A stretch of DNA of 64,000 bases, from NCBI GenBank assembly GCA_021775425.1, contig JAJFHX010000048.1, positions 45,445 to 109,444 of the forward strand, written 5' to 3'. Below, in pieces: positions 34,821-45,178 of this stretch. The number at the start of each line of letters is the position of its first letter. Position 1 is the first letter of the stretch. The translations under genes were made by a program, and so were the position numbers. Source of the DNA: Hyphomicrobiales bacterium (lineage in GTDB: Bacteria; Pseudomonadota; Alphaproteobacteria; Rhizobiales; HXMU1428-3). The notes below the pieces were generated by a model. It made no database searches. It was not told the origin of the DNA and saw only the letters and a program-made list of their open reading frames with translations.

Positions 34821-35670
34821 GAGAGTATACCCTCTAAATTACCCTGTCTTCTCTAGACATCCAGAACGCATGGGAACAAATGACACAAACAAAACTCGTC
34901 TCATAAGCTCAACTAGCAGTCCGAAGCCCCCACCACATCACAAGCTGGCAATCCTAAAGTCCGTTGCTGACATTAAGGTTCAGACAGTCTTTCATTTTTC
35001 CTGAGGTTCAAAAACAACCCCCATACAAATCCAGATCAGATCTTACCCCGGTCACCTTCAAGTTTAAGAACCTGCACTTTAAATGCGCTTTTCTCTCTCA
35101 AACATCATGTAACCACAATGCCGATGCAATATAATAAGGCTTAAACTTTTGTCTTTCTCATCATTGCTTTTTTAATAAGGCAGATCACATCTCAATCAAC
35201 CTAAACAATGACAAATGCCCATATATTTCATCTGCAACGGTCTCATTTCTGGAAAATCAGAATTTCTTATTTAATAATGTCATTTTCAGCATAACTGAGA
35301 TGAAAATGACCTTCCCGAAATAAAAACATCTGAATAAATTCAACCAGATCAGAAACCAACAAGCCCATGGCTTATCATTGAAGACAACATACAACAGTCA
35401 TCTGCCCGGCGACAAATCACGGTTTCTTACAGTCTGTTACCAACTGTTAACCTTTTGTTTTTTATGGAAAATGATGGAATTTTTCACGTTTTTAAACAAA
35501 AAATGTGAGCGTTCATTTCACATGAAGCTCCGTTTTTCATCAAAATAACACATTAAACCAACTTGATTCGCCGCTAAACAGCAATCAGAACAGCCAATAG
35601 ATGGTTTGACAATCAAATGAAACCCCAACCTTGATCAAGGTGATTGAAGAGACGAACTAAGGAAATTTGT

Positions 35671-38034
35671 TTAGTTTTTTTTCTTCAAAAATGGCGGAAT
35701 ATCAGAAATTTCCTCATCATCATCAATAGAAAGAGGATGCCCCAGTCCTTTTTTGATTTCAATAGTTGGATACCGCTCCTGCGCGGTTTCTGGTCGCGTA
35801 TTTAATGGCGCAGCATCTTCTTCACTTTGCGCTTGCGGCTGATGCTGAGGATGCTGGTTGTAATGTGCCTGCATGTGTTGTTCAAACTCACTGGCAGCAT
35901 AATCTTCTGTTAGTTCACTTTGCTCAGAATGATCAACTTGTTTAAGAAGCTCATCATATGCCGAAGCTTTCTCAACAGAACCAGTCATCCCGGCTCCAAC
36001 ACGTCTTTCCTGATCAGCCACCTGATTATGCTCAACCACCGGGTTATGCCTTGCTGCTGTCTCCACGCGAGGAGGCCGTTGCACAGGCACTTCTGGCGCG
36101 GCAGGTGGCGGCCGTTGACCGTAATAGCTGGTTTCTTCAGACCGCAAATGTTGCCCTTCATCAGAACCGCGTTGATCAGCAACACCCCCGCCGCCAGCAG
36201 CTCCACCAGAAAAATCAGCTGGTCGATGCGCTGGATGTGCAGCCGCTCTTTGCGGTGGCCCAGCAACGAAATCTGGTAGAGGATCAGCAACAGAAGGGGG
36301 TGCTAGAGAAGTAGCAGAGGCAGGCTCAGAGTCCCCGCCTTCTTCAGAACCCTCATTGTCCTGAGATCGGTTGCGTCCGGTAATCCGGTCAAAAAAGCCA
36401 ACCTTTTTCTTTTGCGCCACAATCCCGTGATTGTTTGATGGTGCTTCATAGGCTCTTAACTGTTTTTGCCCTGTGATTGGCAAGTCTTCCATGCTTGGCA
36501 TACGCCGTGTGGGTTGCATAGGCTGGTTTACTCTTTGCGGGGCGCCGGGGACAAATTCACGCCCAGTCGAGCGTCCATCCATCCCACCATCATCATTAAA
36601 AGGCGCGTTGCCAAAACCAGCATCAGCACCGTCATTCATAAAACGCGGCGGTTTTTTTACAATCTGCACATTGCCTTTTTGTTCAGAAACCGTTGTGTCT
36701 GACTTTGGCTGACCCTGGGGCACACCACGACGCCCGAATTCTCCCTGAGGTACTGACGAAGCTGACGCTTTTCCAGCTCCCCCGCCCATATCAACACCGC
36801 CAGGCTGCCTGTTTTGTTGTGGTGATGCATAAACATCCCCCACATTTTTTGCTGCAGGAATGCCTCTCACACCCTGGTTAACAACTCCCTGCCCCTTAGG
36901 TCCATTCGGGTTATTATGTCCACCCTGCTGCATCGGCCCACCGAACCGCGCGGCCCGGCCAACCGGTTCTTCAAGTTGTTGAATGCGCTCATTCAGACCA
37001 AGAGCATTCTCTTCTTCCCGGTTGTCAATTTCCATCCGACGGCGATCGGCCTCAATATGCATGGATTGCGGATGCCCATGGTTCAAACCGGAAGCCACCA
37101 GCGAAACCCGCAAATATCCCTCTAGCTGCTCATCAAATGTAGCGCCAACGATAATATTCGCATTCGGGTCAACTTCTTGTCTAATGCGGCTGGCAACCTC
37201 ATCCACTTCAAATAAAGTCATATCATGCCCACCGGAAATTGAGATCAGCAACCCCTTAGCTCCGGCAAGCGAAATATCATCAATCAGAGGGTTGGAAATA
37301 GCTTCTTCAGCAGCTTTTCTAGCCCGCCCTTCACCATGTGCAACCCCGGTTCCCATCACCGCGGCGCCCATTTCAGTAATCACCGTTTTCACATCTGCGA
37401 AATCAAGATTAATCAACCCTTCTTTCATAATCAGATCAGTGACACAGGCCACACCGGAGTTCAAAACAGAATCAGCCAGACAGAAACTTTCAGCAAACGT
37501 CGTCTGTTCATTCGCCAGACGGAATAAATTCTGGTTCGGAATAACAATCATCGTGTCAACATAATTGCGCAGTTGCTCAATCCCGGCCTCTGCTATACGC
37601 ATGCGCCGCTGACCTTCAAACTGAAAAGGCTTCGTAACAACCGCCACAGTTAAAACGCCAAGATCCTGCGCAATACGTGCTATAACGGGGGCCGCTCCGG
37701 TGCCAGTGCCGCCGCCCATACCGCAGGCGATAAACACCATATGCGCACCAGCCATAAGTTCTTTAACTTCCTCAAGAACTTCTTCGGCAGCACCTTCACC
37801 AATTTCAGGGTTTGAACCGGCCCCAAGGCCTTCCGTCAGATTCGCACCGAGCTGCAAACGAATATCAGCACCAGACATCGAAAGCGCCTGCGCATCAGTG
37901 TTTGCCGCAACAAATTCGACACCATGCAGCCCTGAAGCAATCATATTATTGACTGCATTCCCGCCAGCACCGCCAACGCCCATCACAATAATGCGCGGCT
38001 TCAATTCATGAAAACTATGAACGTTTGATGTCAT
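35671..38034 (-). CDS. ftsZ: Cell division protein FtsZ with an exceptionally long linker (787 aa)
   Basis: [28 protein letters not shown]; C-terminal peptide [11 protein letters not shown]. Confidence 0.97.
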   Translation of the reverse strand: MTSNVHSFHELKPRIIVMGVGGAGGNAVNNMIASGLHGVEFVAANTDAQALSMSGADIRLQLGANLTEGLGAGSNPEIGEGAAEEVLEEVKELMAGAHMVFIACGMGGGTGTGAAPVIARIAQDLGVLTVAVVTKPFQFEGQRRMRIAEAGIEQLRNYVDTMIVIPNQNLFRLANEQTTFAESFCLADSVLNSGVACVTDLIMKEGLINLDFADVKTVITEMGAAVMGTGVAHGEGRARKAAEEAISNPLIDDISLAGAKGLLISISGGHDMTLFEVDEVASRIRQEVDPNANIIVGATFDEQLEGYLRVSLVASGLNHGHPQSMHIEADRRRMEIDNREEENALGLNERIQQLEEPVGRAARFGGPMQQGGHNNPNGPKGQGVVNQGVRGIPAAKNVGDVYASPQQNRQPGGVDMGGGAGKASASSVPQGEFGRRGVPQGQPKSDTTVSEQKGNVQIVKKPPRFMNDGADAGFGNAPFNDDGGMDGRSTGREFVPGAPQRVNQPMQPTRRMPSMEDLPITGQKQLRAYEAPSNNHGIVAQKKKVGFFDRITGRNRSQDNEGSEEGGDSEPASATSLAPPSVADPLPDFVAGPPQRAAAHPAHRPADFSGGAAGGGGVADQRGSDEGQHLRSEETSYYGQRPPPAAPEVPVQRPPRVETAARHNPVVEHNQVADQERRVGAGMTGSVEKASAYDELLKQVDHSEQSELTEDYAASEFEQHMQAHYNQHPQHQPQAQSEEDAAPLNTRPETAQERYPTIEIKKGLGHPLSIDDDEEISDIPPFLKKKN

Positions 38035-38111
38035 TTAATTCCCCGCTTCAAAAGGAAGCATATTTATTGTAACTGATTCGGACCCTTAAAAGCCAAACTG
38101 ATTTGAGCGGC

Positions 38112-39464
38112 TTAAAAACTCTCTTTTAGCCATAAACCCATGCGAGACCAGTAACTTCCCCCATGCGCACCGCGCGGCGCTTTCATAGAAAAATCATCCG
38201 CAAGGTCATAAACCTGCAACGCTTCATAAAGCCCAATGGAGCTTGAAAATGCCGGTCCCATCATCTCTGTCGGCAATCCTTCAAGTGCCGGCGGCGCGCC
38301 AATGCGAACCGGTTTGCCAAAAATTTCAGAAGCAAATTCCGTTAATCCGTTCAGCTGACTGCCACCTCCGGTGAGGATCAGACGCTGGCCAGAATGCGCA
38401 CCAAATCCGCTCTTATTAAGGCGCTCCATCACCAGCGAAAGTATATGCTGCACCCGGGGCCTGATGATGTCTGAAAGCTGCGCTGAACTGATTTGCCCTT
38501 CAGACACATGCCCGTCACCAACAATCGAATAGCTGATCGGTTTGTCCCGCTCACCCTCTCGCTCTGCCCCCGCTCCGAACGCCGAGCCATAAAGCACTTT
38601 AATCCGCTCCGCTTCCTGCAAAGGGCAATTTAAAGCCTGGGCAATTTCAAACGAAACCAGGTCACCACCAATGGCAATCGCATCAGAATGAACAAAATAA
38701 CCATTGGCAAACAAAGCCAGCTTTGTCGTCCCGCCGCCAATATCAATCACTGTGGTACCAAGCTCAACCTCGCTTTGGTCAACCACAGCAAGCGCACTGG
38801 CATAAGATGACGCCATAACCCTCGCCGCCCGCAAATGACACCGCTCTAACAGCAAAGCAATATTCTTTAAGGGCGAAACATCCGCCGTAACCGCATGCAG
38901 GTCCAGCTCTAAAAGATCACCAATCATATTGGTTGGGTCCGCAACCCCTGAAGCTTCGTCAAGCGTATAGCCAAGCGGCATAAGATGCAGCACAGCCCGG
39001 CCATTTTCAGCCGCATAATCCCGCCCGGCCACCATCACTTCGTCAATATGGCCCTGCTTAACAGAATTCCCGTCAAGCTGGACACTTGTTGTAAAGTTCA
39101 TGGATTGCAGCCGCCCACAGGAAACGGCAACGACAACATTCTCAACCCTCATGCCAGCCATTTTTTCAGCCTGGCTGACAACATCACGAACTGCCTCTTC
39201 AGCCGCATCAAGATCAACCAGCACACCCGCTTTCATGCCGCGTGCCCGCTGGTGTCCAAAACCGACAATCCTGAGCGAAGCACCAAGCGGTTTACCATGA
39301 AAATCTCTGATCCCCTGGCCTTTATAAACACCCGAACTTTCAGCCGGCAAAGGCATAGCCCCATCCACCCACTCACCAATCAGACAGGTGAATTTAGATG
39401 TGCCAAGATCAATTACCGTGACCCGCGAACCATATTTCGCTGTTTGTTTTTCACGACCAAACAA
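38112..39464 (-). CDS. ftsA: Cell division protein FtsA
   Basis: IDLGTSK, IDIGGGTT, LTGGGSQL; C-terminal amphipathic tail WLKESF. Confidence 0.95.
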   Translation of the reverse strand: MFGREKQTAKYGSRVTVIDLGTSKFTCLIGEWVDGAMPLPAESSGVYKGQGIRDFHGKPLGASLRIVGFGHQRARGMKAGVLVDLDAAEEAVRDVVSQAEKMAGMRVENVVVAVSCGRLQSMNFTTSVQLDGNSVKQGHIDEVMVAGRDYAAENGRAVLHLMPLGYTLDEASGVADPTNMIGDLLELDLHAVTADVSPLKNIALLLERCHLRAARVMASSYASALAVVDQSEVELGTTVIDIGGGTTKLALFANGYFVHSDAIAIGGDLVSFEIAQALNCPLQEAERIKVLYGSAFGAGAEREGERDKPISYSIVGDGHVSEGQISSAQLSDIIRPRVQHILSLVMERLNKSGFGAHSGQRLILTGGGSQLNGLTEFASEIFGKPVRIGAPPALEGLPTEMMGPAFSSSIGLYEALQVYDLADDFSMKAPRGAHGGSYWSRMGLWLKESF

Positions 39465-39481
39465 AATTTTATCCCGCTCTG

Positions 39482-40459
39482 TTAAGTGCCGCTGGAAGGT
39501 TTCAATTGCGGTATAATTTTACTAAGCTCCCGCGAATCAAAATCTTTTTCAGAAGTAAGAACTTTTATATTTTTACTATTTTTAGGCCGCAATGTGACCC
39601 TGTCATCAAGCCGGAGGTCAATCACCGCTAACTCCCGGTTTAAAATATTATGCTGCGCCTGCAGTGATCTTAACCGGTTAAGCGCCACTCTAACGGGCAA
39701 CTCCGGCAAAAATACCTGCAAGCCGTTATGCATCACCAAAGTCCAGCGCCGCTGATCAACCCGGCTAAACCTGACAACAAGCGGCTCAATATCATCAAAG
39801 CTGTTTAATATCTGACGCAGTTCACTCGCCGCATTAGGCGCGCCCTCACCATCAAAAATTGGCAGATCAAGAAAACTGCCAACTTTCGTCTTTTCAATCA
39901 GCTTGCCGACAGCATCAAATACATATGTCCCCTTAACAGTCACAAACCGGCCAACCGGCTCAACCTCTTCAACATAAATATTGATACCATGCGGAAACAC
40001 CCGCTCAACTTCCGCCCGCTTGATCCAGGGTAATTTCTCAATCTTTTTTTTCGCATCAGACGTATTAATAGAAATCAGCGAACTATCCCAGATATTACCC
40101 AGCCTGGCGACAATCTCTTTCTCTTTGGTCCGCTCATGCCCGACAATATGCACTTGCTCTATCGGAAAGCTAGTCAGAGCAATTGCTCTGTTACCAAATG
40201 ATTTTAATTCAGATAGAAACTTGAACTCGTCAGTCATGTGGCGCTGAAACCCCACAGCCACACCAACTGTAACAATGATCAGCCCGCCAAGCCAAAGCGG
40301 CCATTTGCGCCGCCGACGGGATTTTAGTGGTTTAAAACCGGCAGAACTCGGCGCAACCTGAAATTCTTCGGCATATTCATCTTTGACATAACAACCAATA
40401 AAGGGAAGATCGTCTGAAACCCTGTTTTTATCAGAATTCTGACCTTTGCCTTTGCTCAT
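39482..40459 (-). CDS. ftsQ: Cell division protein FtsQ/DivIB
   Basis: Single TM, POTRA (LPWIKRAEVERVFP), VIDLRLDDR; ATGA overlap with the ddl stop. Confidence 0.9.
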   Translation of the reverse strand: MSKGKGQNSDKNRVSDDLPFIGCYVKDEYAEEFQVAPSSAGFKPLKSRRRRKWPLWLGGLIIVTVGVAVGFQRHMTDEFKFLSELKSFGNRAIALTSFPIEQVHIVGHERTKEKEIVARLGNIWDSSLISINTSDAKKKIEKLPWIKRAEVERVFPHGINIYVEEVEPVGRFVTVKGTYVFDAVGKLIEKTKVGSFLDLPIFDGEGAPNAASELRQILNSFDDIEPLVVRFSRVDQRRWTLVMHNGLQVFLPELPVRVALNRLRSLQAQHNILNRELAVIDLRLDDRVTLRPKNSKNIKVLTSEKDFDSRELSKIIPQLKPSSGT

Positions 40460-41382
40460 CGATTGCAAGATGCATCCTCCACCATCCACCGTACCAGCTC
40501 ATTAAAACTCCAGCCGGCACGCTCAGCCATCTCCGGCACCAGCGAAGTCGCTGTCATACCGGGCTGCGTGTTCACTTCAAGGCACACCAGAGTATCCCTA
40601 TGCTCATCATATCGGAAATCTGCCCGGCTCACGCCGCGGCAACCAAGAGCTTTATGCGCCGTTAATGTCCATTTCTGTATGAATTGGTAAATATTTGATG
40701 AAATTTCTGCCGGTATTATATGTTGTGAACCGCCTGGTGCATATTTAGCATCAAAATCATAAAATTCGTGCCCTTTTTGAGGTTTTATCTCCAGCACATC
40801 AAGTGCCCGGTTTCCAAGCACCGCACAGGTCAGTTCTTTTCCTGACACAAACTCTTCAAGCATCATCAGGTCATCTTCGGCACCCGCTGCAAGGATTTCC
40901 TGCCCGGGGGGGGGCTGCTGCATATCTTTGATGATGAAAATACCAAAACTGGAGCCATCAGCCACCGGTTTCAAAACATATGGAGGCACCATCAAATGCC
41001 CCAGTGCCGCCTCACTACGTTTTACAATCTTATCCGCCGCAATCGGCACACCTTCAGAAGCAATGATTTTTTTAGCGATTTTTTTATCCATCGCCATGGA
41101 AGAAGACAGCACACCCGAATGCGTATAAGGAATGTTCAAAACTTCCAATATTCCCTGCATACAGCCATCTTCTCCAAATGGTCCATGCAGCGCATTAAAA
41201 CAGACATCCGGCTTCAGCTCCTCAAGCACAGTCGCAATATTACGCTCAACATCAATTTCAGTGACCTTAAAGCCCTCAGCCCGCAGCGCCTCAGCACAAG
41301 CCTTTCCCGAACTAAGACTGATCTCACGTTCTAAAGACCACCCCCCCATCAGCACCGCTACATGGCTGTCTGCATCAATCAT
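40456..41382 (-). CDS. ddl: D-alanine--D-alanine ligase
   Basis: VLMGGWSLEREISL, NALHGPFGED, CRGVSRADFR, LEVNTQPGMT; ATGA overlap with murB gives start 41382. Confidence 0.96.
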   Translation of the reverse strand: MIDADSHVAVLMGGWSLEREISLSSGKACAEALRAEGFKVTEIDVERNIATVLEELKPDVCFNALHGPFGEDGCMQGILEVLNIPYTHSGVLSSSMAMDKKIAKKIIASEGVPIAADKIVKRSEAALGHLMVPPYVLKPVADGSSFGIFIIKDMQQPPPGQEILAAGAEDDLMMLEEFVSGKELTCAVLGNRALDVLEIKPQKGHEFYDFDAKYAPGGSQHIIPAEISSNIYQFIQKWTLTAHKALGCRGVSRADFRYDEHRDTLVCLEVNTQPGMTATSLVPEMAERAGWSFNELVRWMVEDASCNR

Positions 41383-42323
41383 TGCGCCAAATCCTCTCCC
41401 ATCACATCCGCGATGCCTAGTCTTTTGATTTCCCACTCAAGCTGAATGCCACTGTTTTCCAATACACGTTTGCGGATCGTCTCACCAAGCGTTTCAAGGT
41501 CAGACCCGGTGGCATCTCCTTCATTAATCAGAAAATTGCAGTGCTTTTGCGAAACTCGCGCCCCGCCAACCTTAAATCCACGCAGGCCCGCCTCATCAAT
41601 CAGCTTCCATGAACTGTGCCCCGGCGGGTTTTTGAAAGTACTGCCACCGGTCCTGTCTTTAACGGGCTGCTTTTCTTCCCTGTAAGCAACAACTTCGGCA
41701 TTTTCAGCCTGTATCTCTTCCGGGTCACCCGCCCGCCCGGCAAATGTCGCCTCGGTAAAAATATAATGCTTTGGCAATGCACAATTGCGGTATGTGTGCC
41801 CCATTTCATCTGCGCTGAATACATGAACATTGCCTTCAAAATCAACCGCCCGCGCCTCAACCAGAAAATCCCGGGTTTCTCCGCCATGCGCGCCCGCATT
41901 CATCCGCAGAGCCCCGCCAATCGAGCCTGGAATGCCCCGATAAAAACTTAAGCCAGCCACACCGTGTTCAGCCGCTGCCCGCGCCAGTTTCATATCAGGC
42001 ACACCCGCCCCGACCCTGATACGGTGGTTATCAAGAGCTTCAATCTGATTAAACCCGCGCCCAAGCCGTATAACAATCCCCGGAATCCCGCCATCCCGCA
42101 CCAGCAGATTAGACCCAAGTCCAATGACAGTAATCGGCAAATCAAGTGGCTTATGTTTCATGAAATAAGCAAGGTCAGCCTCATCAGCCGGCATATATAA
42201 CAGCTGAGCCGGCCCGCCAACTCGAAACCAGGTGATCTCAGACATCAGCGCATTCGCTTTTAATCGCCCCTTAAGCTCAGGCAGCGCCGCTTTAAATGCC
42301 TCTAAATGATCTTCAAACTCCAT
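41379..42323 (-). CDS. murB: UDP-N-acetylmuramate dehydrogenase
   Basis: FRVGGPA, GLGSNLLVRDGG, GIPGSIGGALRMNAGA, GGSTFKNP. Start at ATG 42323 with GGAG SD. Confidence 0.96.
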   Translation of the reverse strand: MEFEDHLEAFKAALPELKGRLKANALMSEITWFRVGGPAQLLYMPADEADLAYFMKHKPLDLPITVIGLGSNLLVRDGGIPGIVIRLGRGFNQIEALDNHRIRVGAGVPDMKLARAAAEHGVAGLSFYRGIPGSIGGALRMNAGAHGGETRDFLVEARAVDFEGNVHVFSADEMGHTYRNCALPKHYIFTEATFAGRAGDPEEIQAENAEVVAYREEKQPVKDRTGGSTFKNPPGHSSWKLIDEAGLRGFKVGGARVSQKHCNFLINEGDATGSDLETLGETIRKRVLENSGIQLEWEIKRLGIADVMGEDLAQ

Positions 42324-42454
42324 AAAGTTCTCCAACAACCAAATCAATTATAGAAAGCTGAATGACTCAGCCCAAAAAGCAACATCCTTCAGCACGCCAT
42401 AACAAACAACGGTCTAAAAAACGGACGCTTTACCAAATGACTAGAAATTTTTAC

Positions 42455-43876
42455 TTACGCCGCAACACCGGTTAAAGCCCGTGGCAGATCATTCATCCAT
42501 GCGGAAATCGTGCCCGCCCCAAGACCTATGATCAGGTCTCCCGGTTCAGCAATTTTAGAAAGCAGCGGCACAAGATCCACCTCATTACCAATATAATGAA
42601 CGGCCTTACCCCTTGAAGAAATCCCCGCCCCAAGCGATTCATGGTTTATCCCCGGCAGCGGGTCTTCCCCGGCGGCATATACAGGCGCAAGAACCACCAC
42701 ATCCGCCTCATCAAAACAGGCCTGAAAATCTTCAAAATGACACTGCAAACGGGAAAATCTGTGCGGCTGCATAATCGCGATCACTTTGCCTTTTGTAGTC
42801 GCCCGGGATGCCCCAAGTACAGAACTGATCTCAACCGGATGATGTGCATAATCATCATAAATTTCAAAACTGTTGACAGAGCCAACATGCGTAAAGCGGC
42901 GCTTCACTCCTTTAAATCCGGAAAGCCCTTGCTTGATTGTCTCAAGCCCAACACCAAGTTCATGCCCGATCGCAACAGCAACAGCCGCATTTAACGCGTT
43001 ATAATGCCCCGGCATCGGCAGATGAAAACCTTCAAGCATCTGCGCACCGCCGCTCATCGCGTCTGATAACAAGAGATCAAACCGCTGCTCACCAGAGCCC
43101 GGCACTTCGTTTAACAATCTGATATCAGCATCCATCGCCGTGCCATATGTCAGCACCCGTTTTGAAGTCAACCCCGCATCAGACCGCAAATCTTCAACCA
43201 ATTCCCGCACGACCGGATGGTCAATGCCAGCCAGTGTAAATCCATAAAAAGGAATTTGTGTTGCAAATTGCCTGAACGCCGCCTTCACGCCGGCAAAATC
43301 ACCATAATGCTCCATATGCTCAGGATCGATATTGGTAATCACCCCAATCTGACAAGGCAGCTTAATAAAACTTCCGTCAGATTCGTCAGCTTCCGCCACC
43401 AGCCAGTCGCCCTGCCCGACACGTGCGTTCGAGCCAAACGCTTCAATAATCCCGCCATTAATCACAGTTGGGTCAATATCACTGGCACAAAGCACAGAAG
43501 AAATCAGAGAAGTTGTTGTAGTTTTCCCGTGCGTGCCCGCCACCGCAATCGAAGCTTTAAGACGCATCAGCTCAGCCAGCATTTCAGCCCGAAGAATGAT
43601 CGGAATGCCCGCCGCCCGTGCGGCCACAACTTCTGGGTTATTTTGTTTAATCGCTGAAGAAACAACCACAACGGATGCCCCCTCGACATTCGCTGCCGCA
43701 TGGCCGGTAAACGCTTTGGCACCCTTAGATATCAACCGTTTAACATTCGCGTTCGCACTCATGTCACTGCCCTGAACCTGATAGCCAAGATCAAGCAAAA
43801 CTTCTGCAATGGCACTCATACCAATGCCACCCATCCCCACAAAATGCAAAGACCCGATATTTAAAGGCAGTCGCAT
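42455..43876 (-). CDS. murC: UDP-N-acetylmuramate--L-alanine ligase
   Basis: HFVGMGGIGMSAIA, AGTHGKTTTT, AEADESDGSF, DDYAHHP. Start MRLP at 43876. Confidence 0.96.
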   Translation of the reverse strand: MRLPLNIGSLHFVGMGGIGMSAIAEVLLDLGYQVQGSDMSANANVKRLISKGAKAFTGHAAANVEGASVVVVSSAIKQNNPEVVAARAAGIPIILRAEMLAELMRLKASIAVAGTHGKTTTTSLISSVLCASDIDPTVINGGIIEAFGSNARVGQGDWLVAEADESDGSFIKLPCQIGVITNIDPEHMEHYGDFAGVKAAFRQFATQIPFYGFTLAGIDHPVVRELVEDLRSDAGLTSKRVLTYGTAMDADIRLLNEVPGSGEQRFDLLLSDAMSGGAQMLEGFHLPMPGHYNALNAAVAVAIGHELGVGLETIKQGLSGFKGVKRRFTHVGSVNSFEIYDDYAHHPVEISSVLGASRATTKGKVIAIMQPHRFSRLQCHFEDFQACFDEADVVVLAPVYAAGEDPLPGINHESLGAGISSRGKAVHYIGNEVDLVPLLSKIAEPGDLIIGLGAGTISAWMNDLPRALTGVAA

Positions 43877-44024
43877 AATCAAAATCCCTAAAAGTCTTTT
43901 CCCAAATCCGATCAATACACAGCTTAGCTACGAAATTCGGGCAGAATTCAATAAATCTACCATCCAGATGTCAGATAACGAACAATTAGACACCCCTGAC
44001 ACAGCAAAAATCAGGCAACCTGAC

Positions 44025-45128
44025 TTAATCACAGCCATCAATAACAACATCAGCCAGTTTCACAACGGCATCAGGCTGCCCTATGGATTTGGCAGCATTC
44101 GCGGCTTTTTGCAACCCCGTTGGCTCAGCTATAAACTGATGAATTAGCTTATGAAACCCCGTCATTGTGATATTCTTTTGTTCCAAAATCCATCCACCGC
44201 CTGCTTTTTCAAGGTTTTTTGCGTTTAAAAGCTGGTCATTATCCAAAGCATGCGGCAACGGCACCATTATAGCAGGCCTGCCACAAACCGCCAGCTCTGC
44301 AACCGTTGAAGCGCCAGAGCGGCCAATCACCAGGTGAGATTGGCTCATGATTTGCGGCAAATCGCTGAAAAACGACTCACATCGCGCTTTAATCCCTGAA
44401 TATTCATACAGAGTCTGAACCCGGTCGAGGTCCTCCTTCCGGCATTGCTGCACAATAGAGATTTTCGAGCGAACCTCTTCTTCCAATTCCGCTAGAGCTG
44501 CCGGAAAGAAGTCAGAAAAAAAACGTGCCCCCTGGCTGCCACCAAAGATCAAAATCTGAAACGGGCCCGCAAACTGGCCATCTGCATCCAGCGGATACGC
44601 CGCATCCTTCACATCAAGCACCTTCTGACGCACAGGATTACCCGTCAGTCTCACTTTAGATAGACAGGTCTCAGGCAGAAACTTCACCTCTTCAAACGAG
44701 GTCGCAATCACATCCACTCGTTTGGCAAGCAACCGGTTCGCCCGCCCCATCACCGCATTCTGGTCATGCAATCCGGTTTTAATTTTAAGCTGGCCCGCAG
44801 CCATCAGCGGCGGGAATGTCGGGTAGCCCCCAAATCCAAGCACAAAATCCGGATTGATCTTGCGCAATAATTTCCGCGCCTGAAGAATACCGCTCCATAA
44901 CGCATAAGCTGTCTTGAATAACGCCAGCGGGTTTTTACCCTTGAGTGTCGCAGAGCGCACAACATGCATCGCATCAACTGGTGCTTCACCAGAAAACTGG
45001 TCAACCCGTTCATCGGTCACAATATGTACTTCATGACCGCGCCGTTTCAGCTCTTCAGCAAGCGCAAATGCGGGGAACAAATGCCCCCCCGTGCCACCAG
45101 CAGCCAGTAAAATCCGTTTCATCGCCAT
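44025..45128 (-). CDS. murG: Lipid II GlcNAc transferase MurG
   Basis: AAGGTGGHLFPA, GFGGYP, FGGSQGA, GRSGAST. Confidence 0.96.
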   Translation of the reverse strand: MAMKRILLAAGGTGGHLFPAFALAEELKRRGHEVHIVTDERVDQFSGEAPVDAMHVVRSATLKGKNPLALFKTAYALWSGILQARKLLRKINPDFVLGFGGYPTFPPLMAAGQLKIKTGLHDQNAVMGRANRLLAKRVDVIATSFEEVKFLPETCLSKVRLTGNPVRQKVLDVKDAAYPLDADGQFAGPFQILIFGGSQGARFFSDFFPAALAELEEEVRSKISIVQQCRKEDLDRVQTLYEYSGIKARCESFFSDLPQIMSQSHLVIGRSGASTVAELAVCGRPAIMVPLPHALDNDQLLNAKNLEKAGGGWILEQKNITMTGFHKLIHQFIAEPTGLQKAANAAKSIGQPDAVVKLADVVIDGCD

Positions 45129-45178
45129 AGTCCCTCATATACTCATATATTGAGCCGTTAAAAAGACAAACCAACCAA

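Noticed and set aside
34765-35004. 79-aa plus-strand ORF overlapping the lpxC start
   Set aside because: Antisense overlap, no RBS, no recognisable motif.
35426-35452. CtrA box upstream of lpxC (TTAC-CAACTG-TTAAC)
   Set aside because: The spacer is 6 nt, not 7.
35920-36314. Overlapping plus-strand ORFs (119 aa and a Gln-rich 118 aa) opposite the ftsZ linker
   Set aside because: Antisense shadows of GC-rich, Pro/Ala/Gly-biased codons; no RBS and no recognisable family.
40906-40914. G9 homopolymer in ddl as a phase-variation site
   Set aside because: In frame (Pro-Pro-Pro) in an essential gene with all motifs intact; the C8 tract at 17811 in asmA is likewise in frame.
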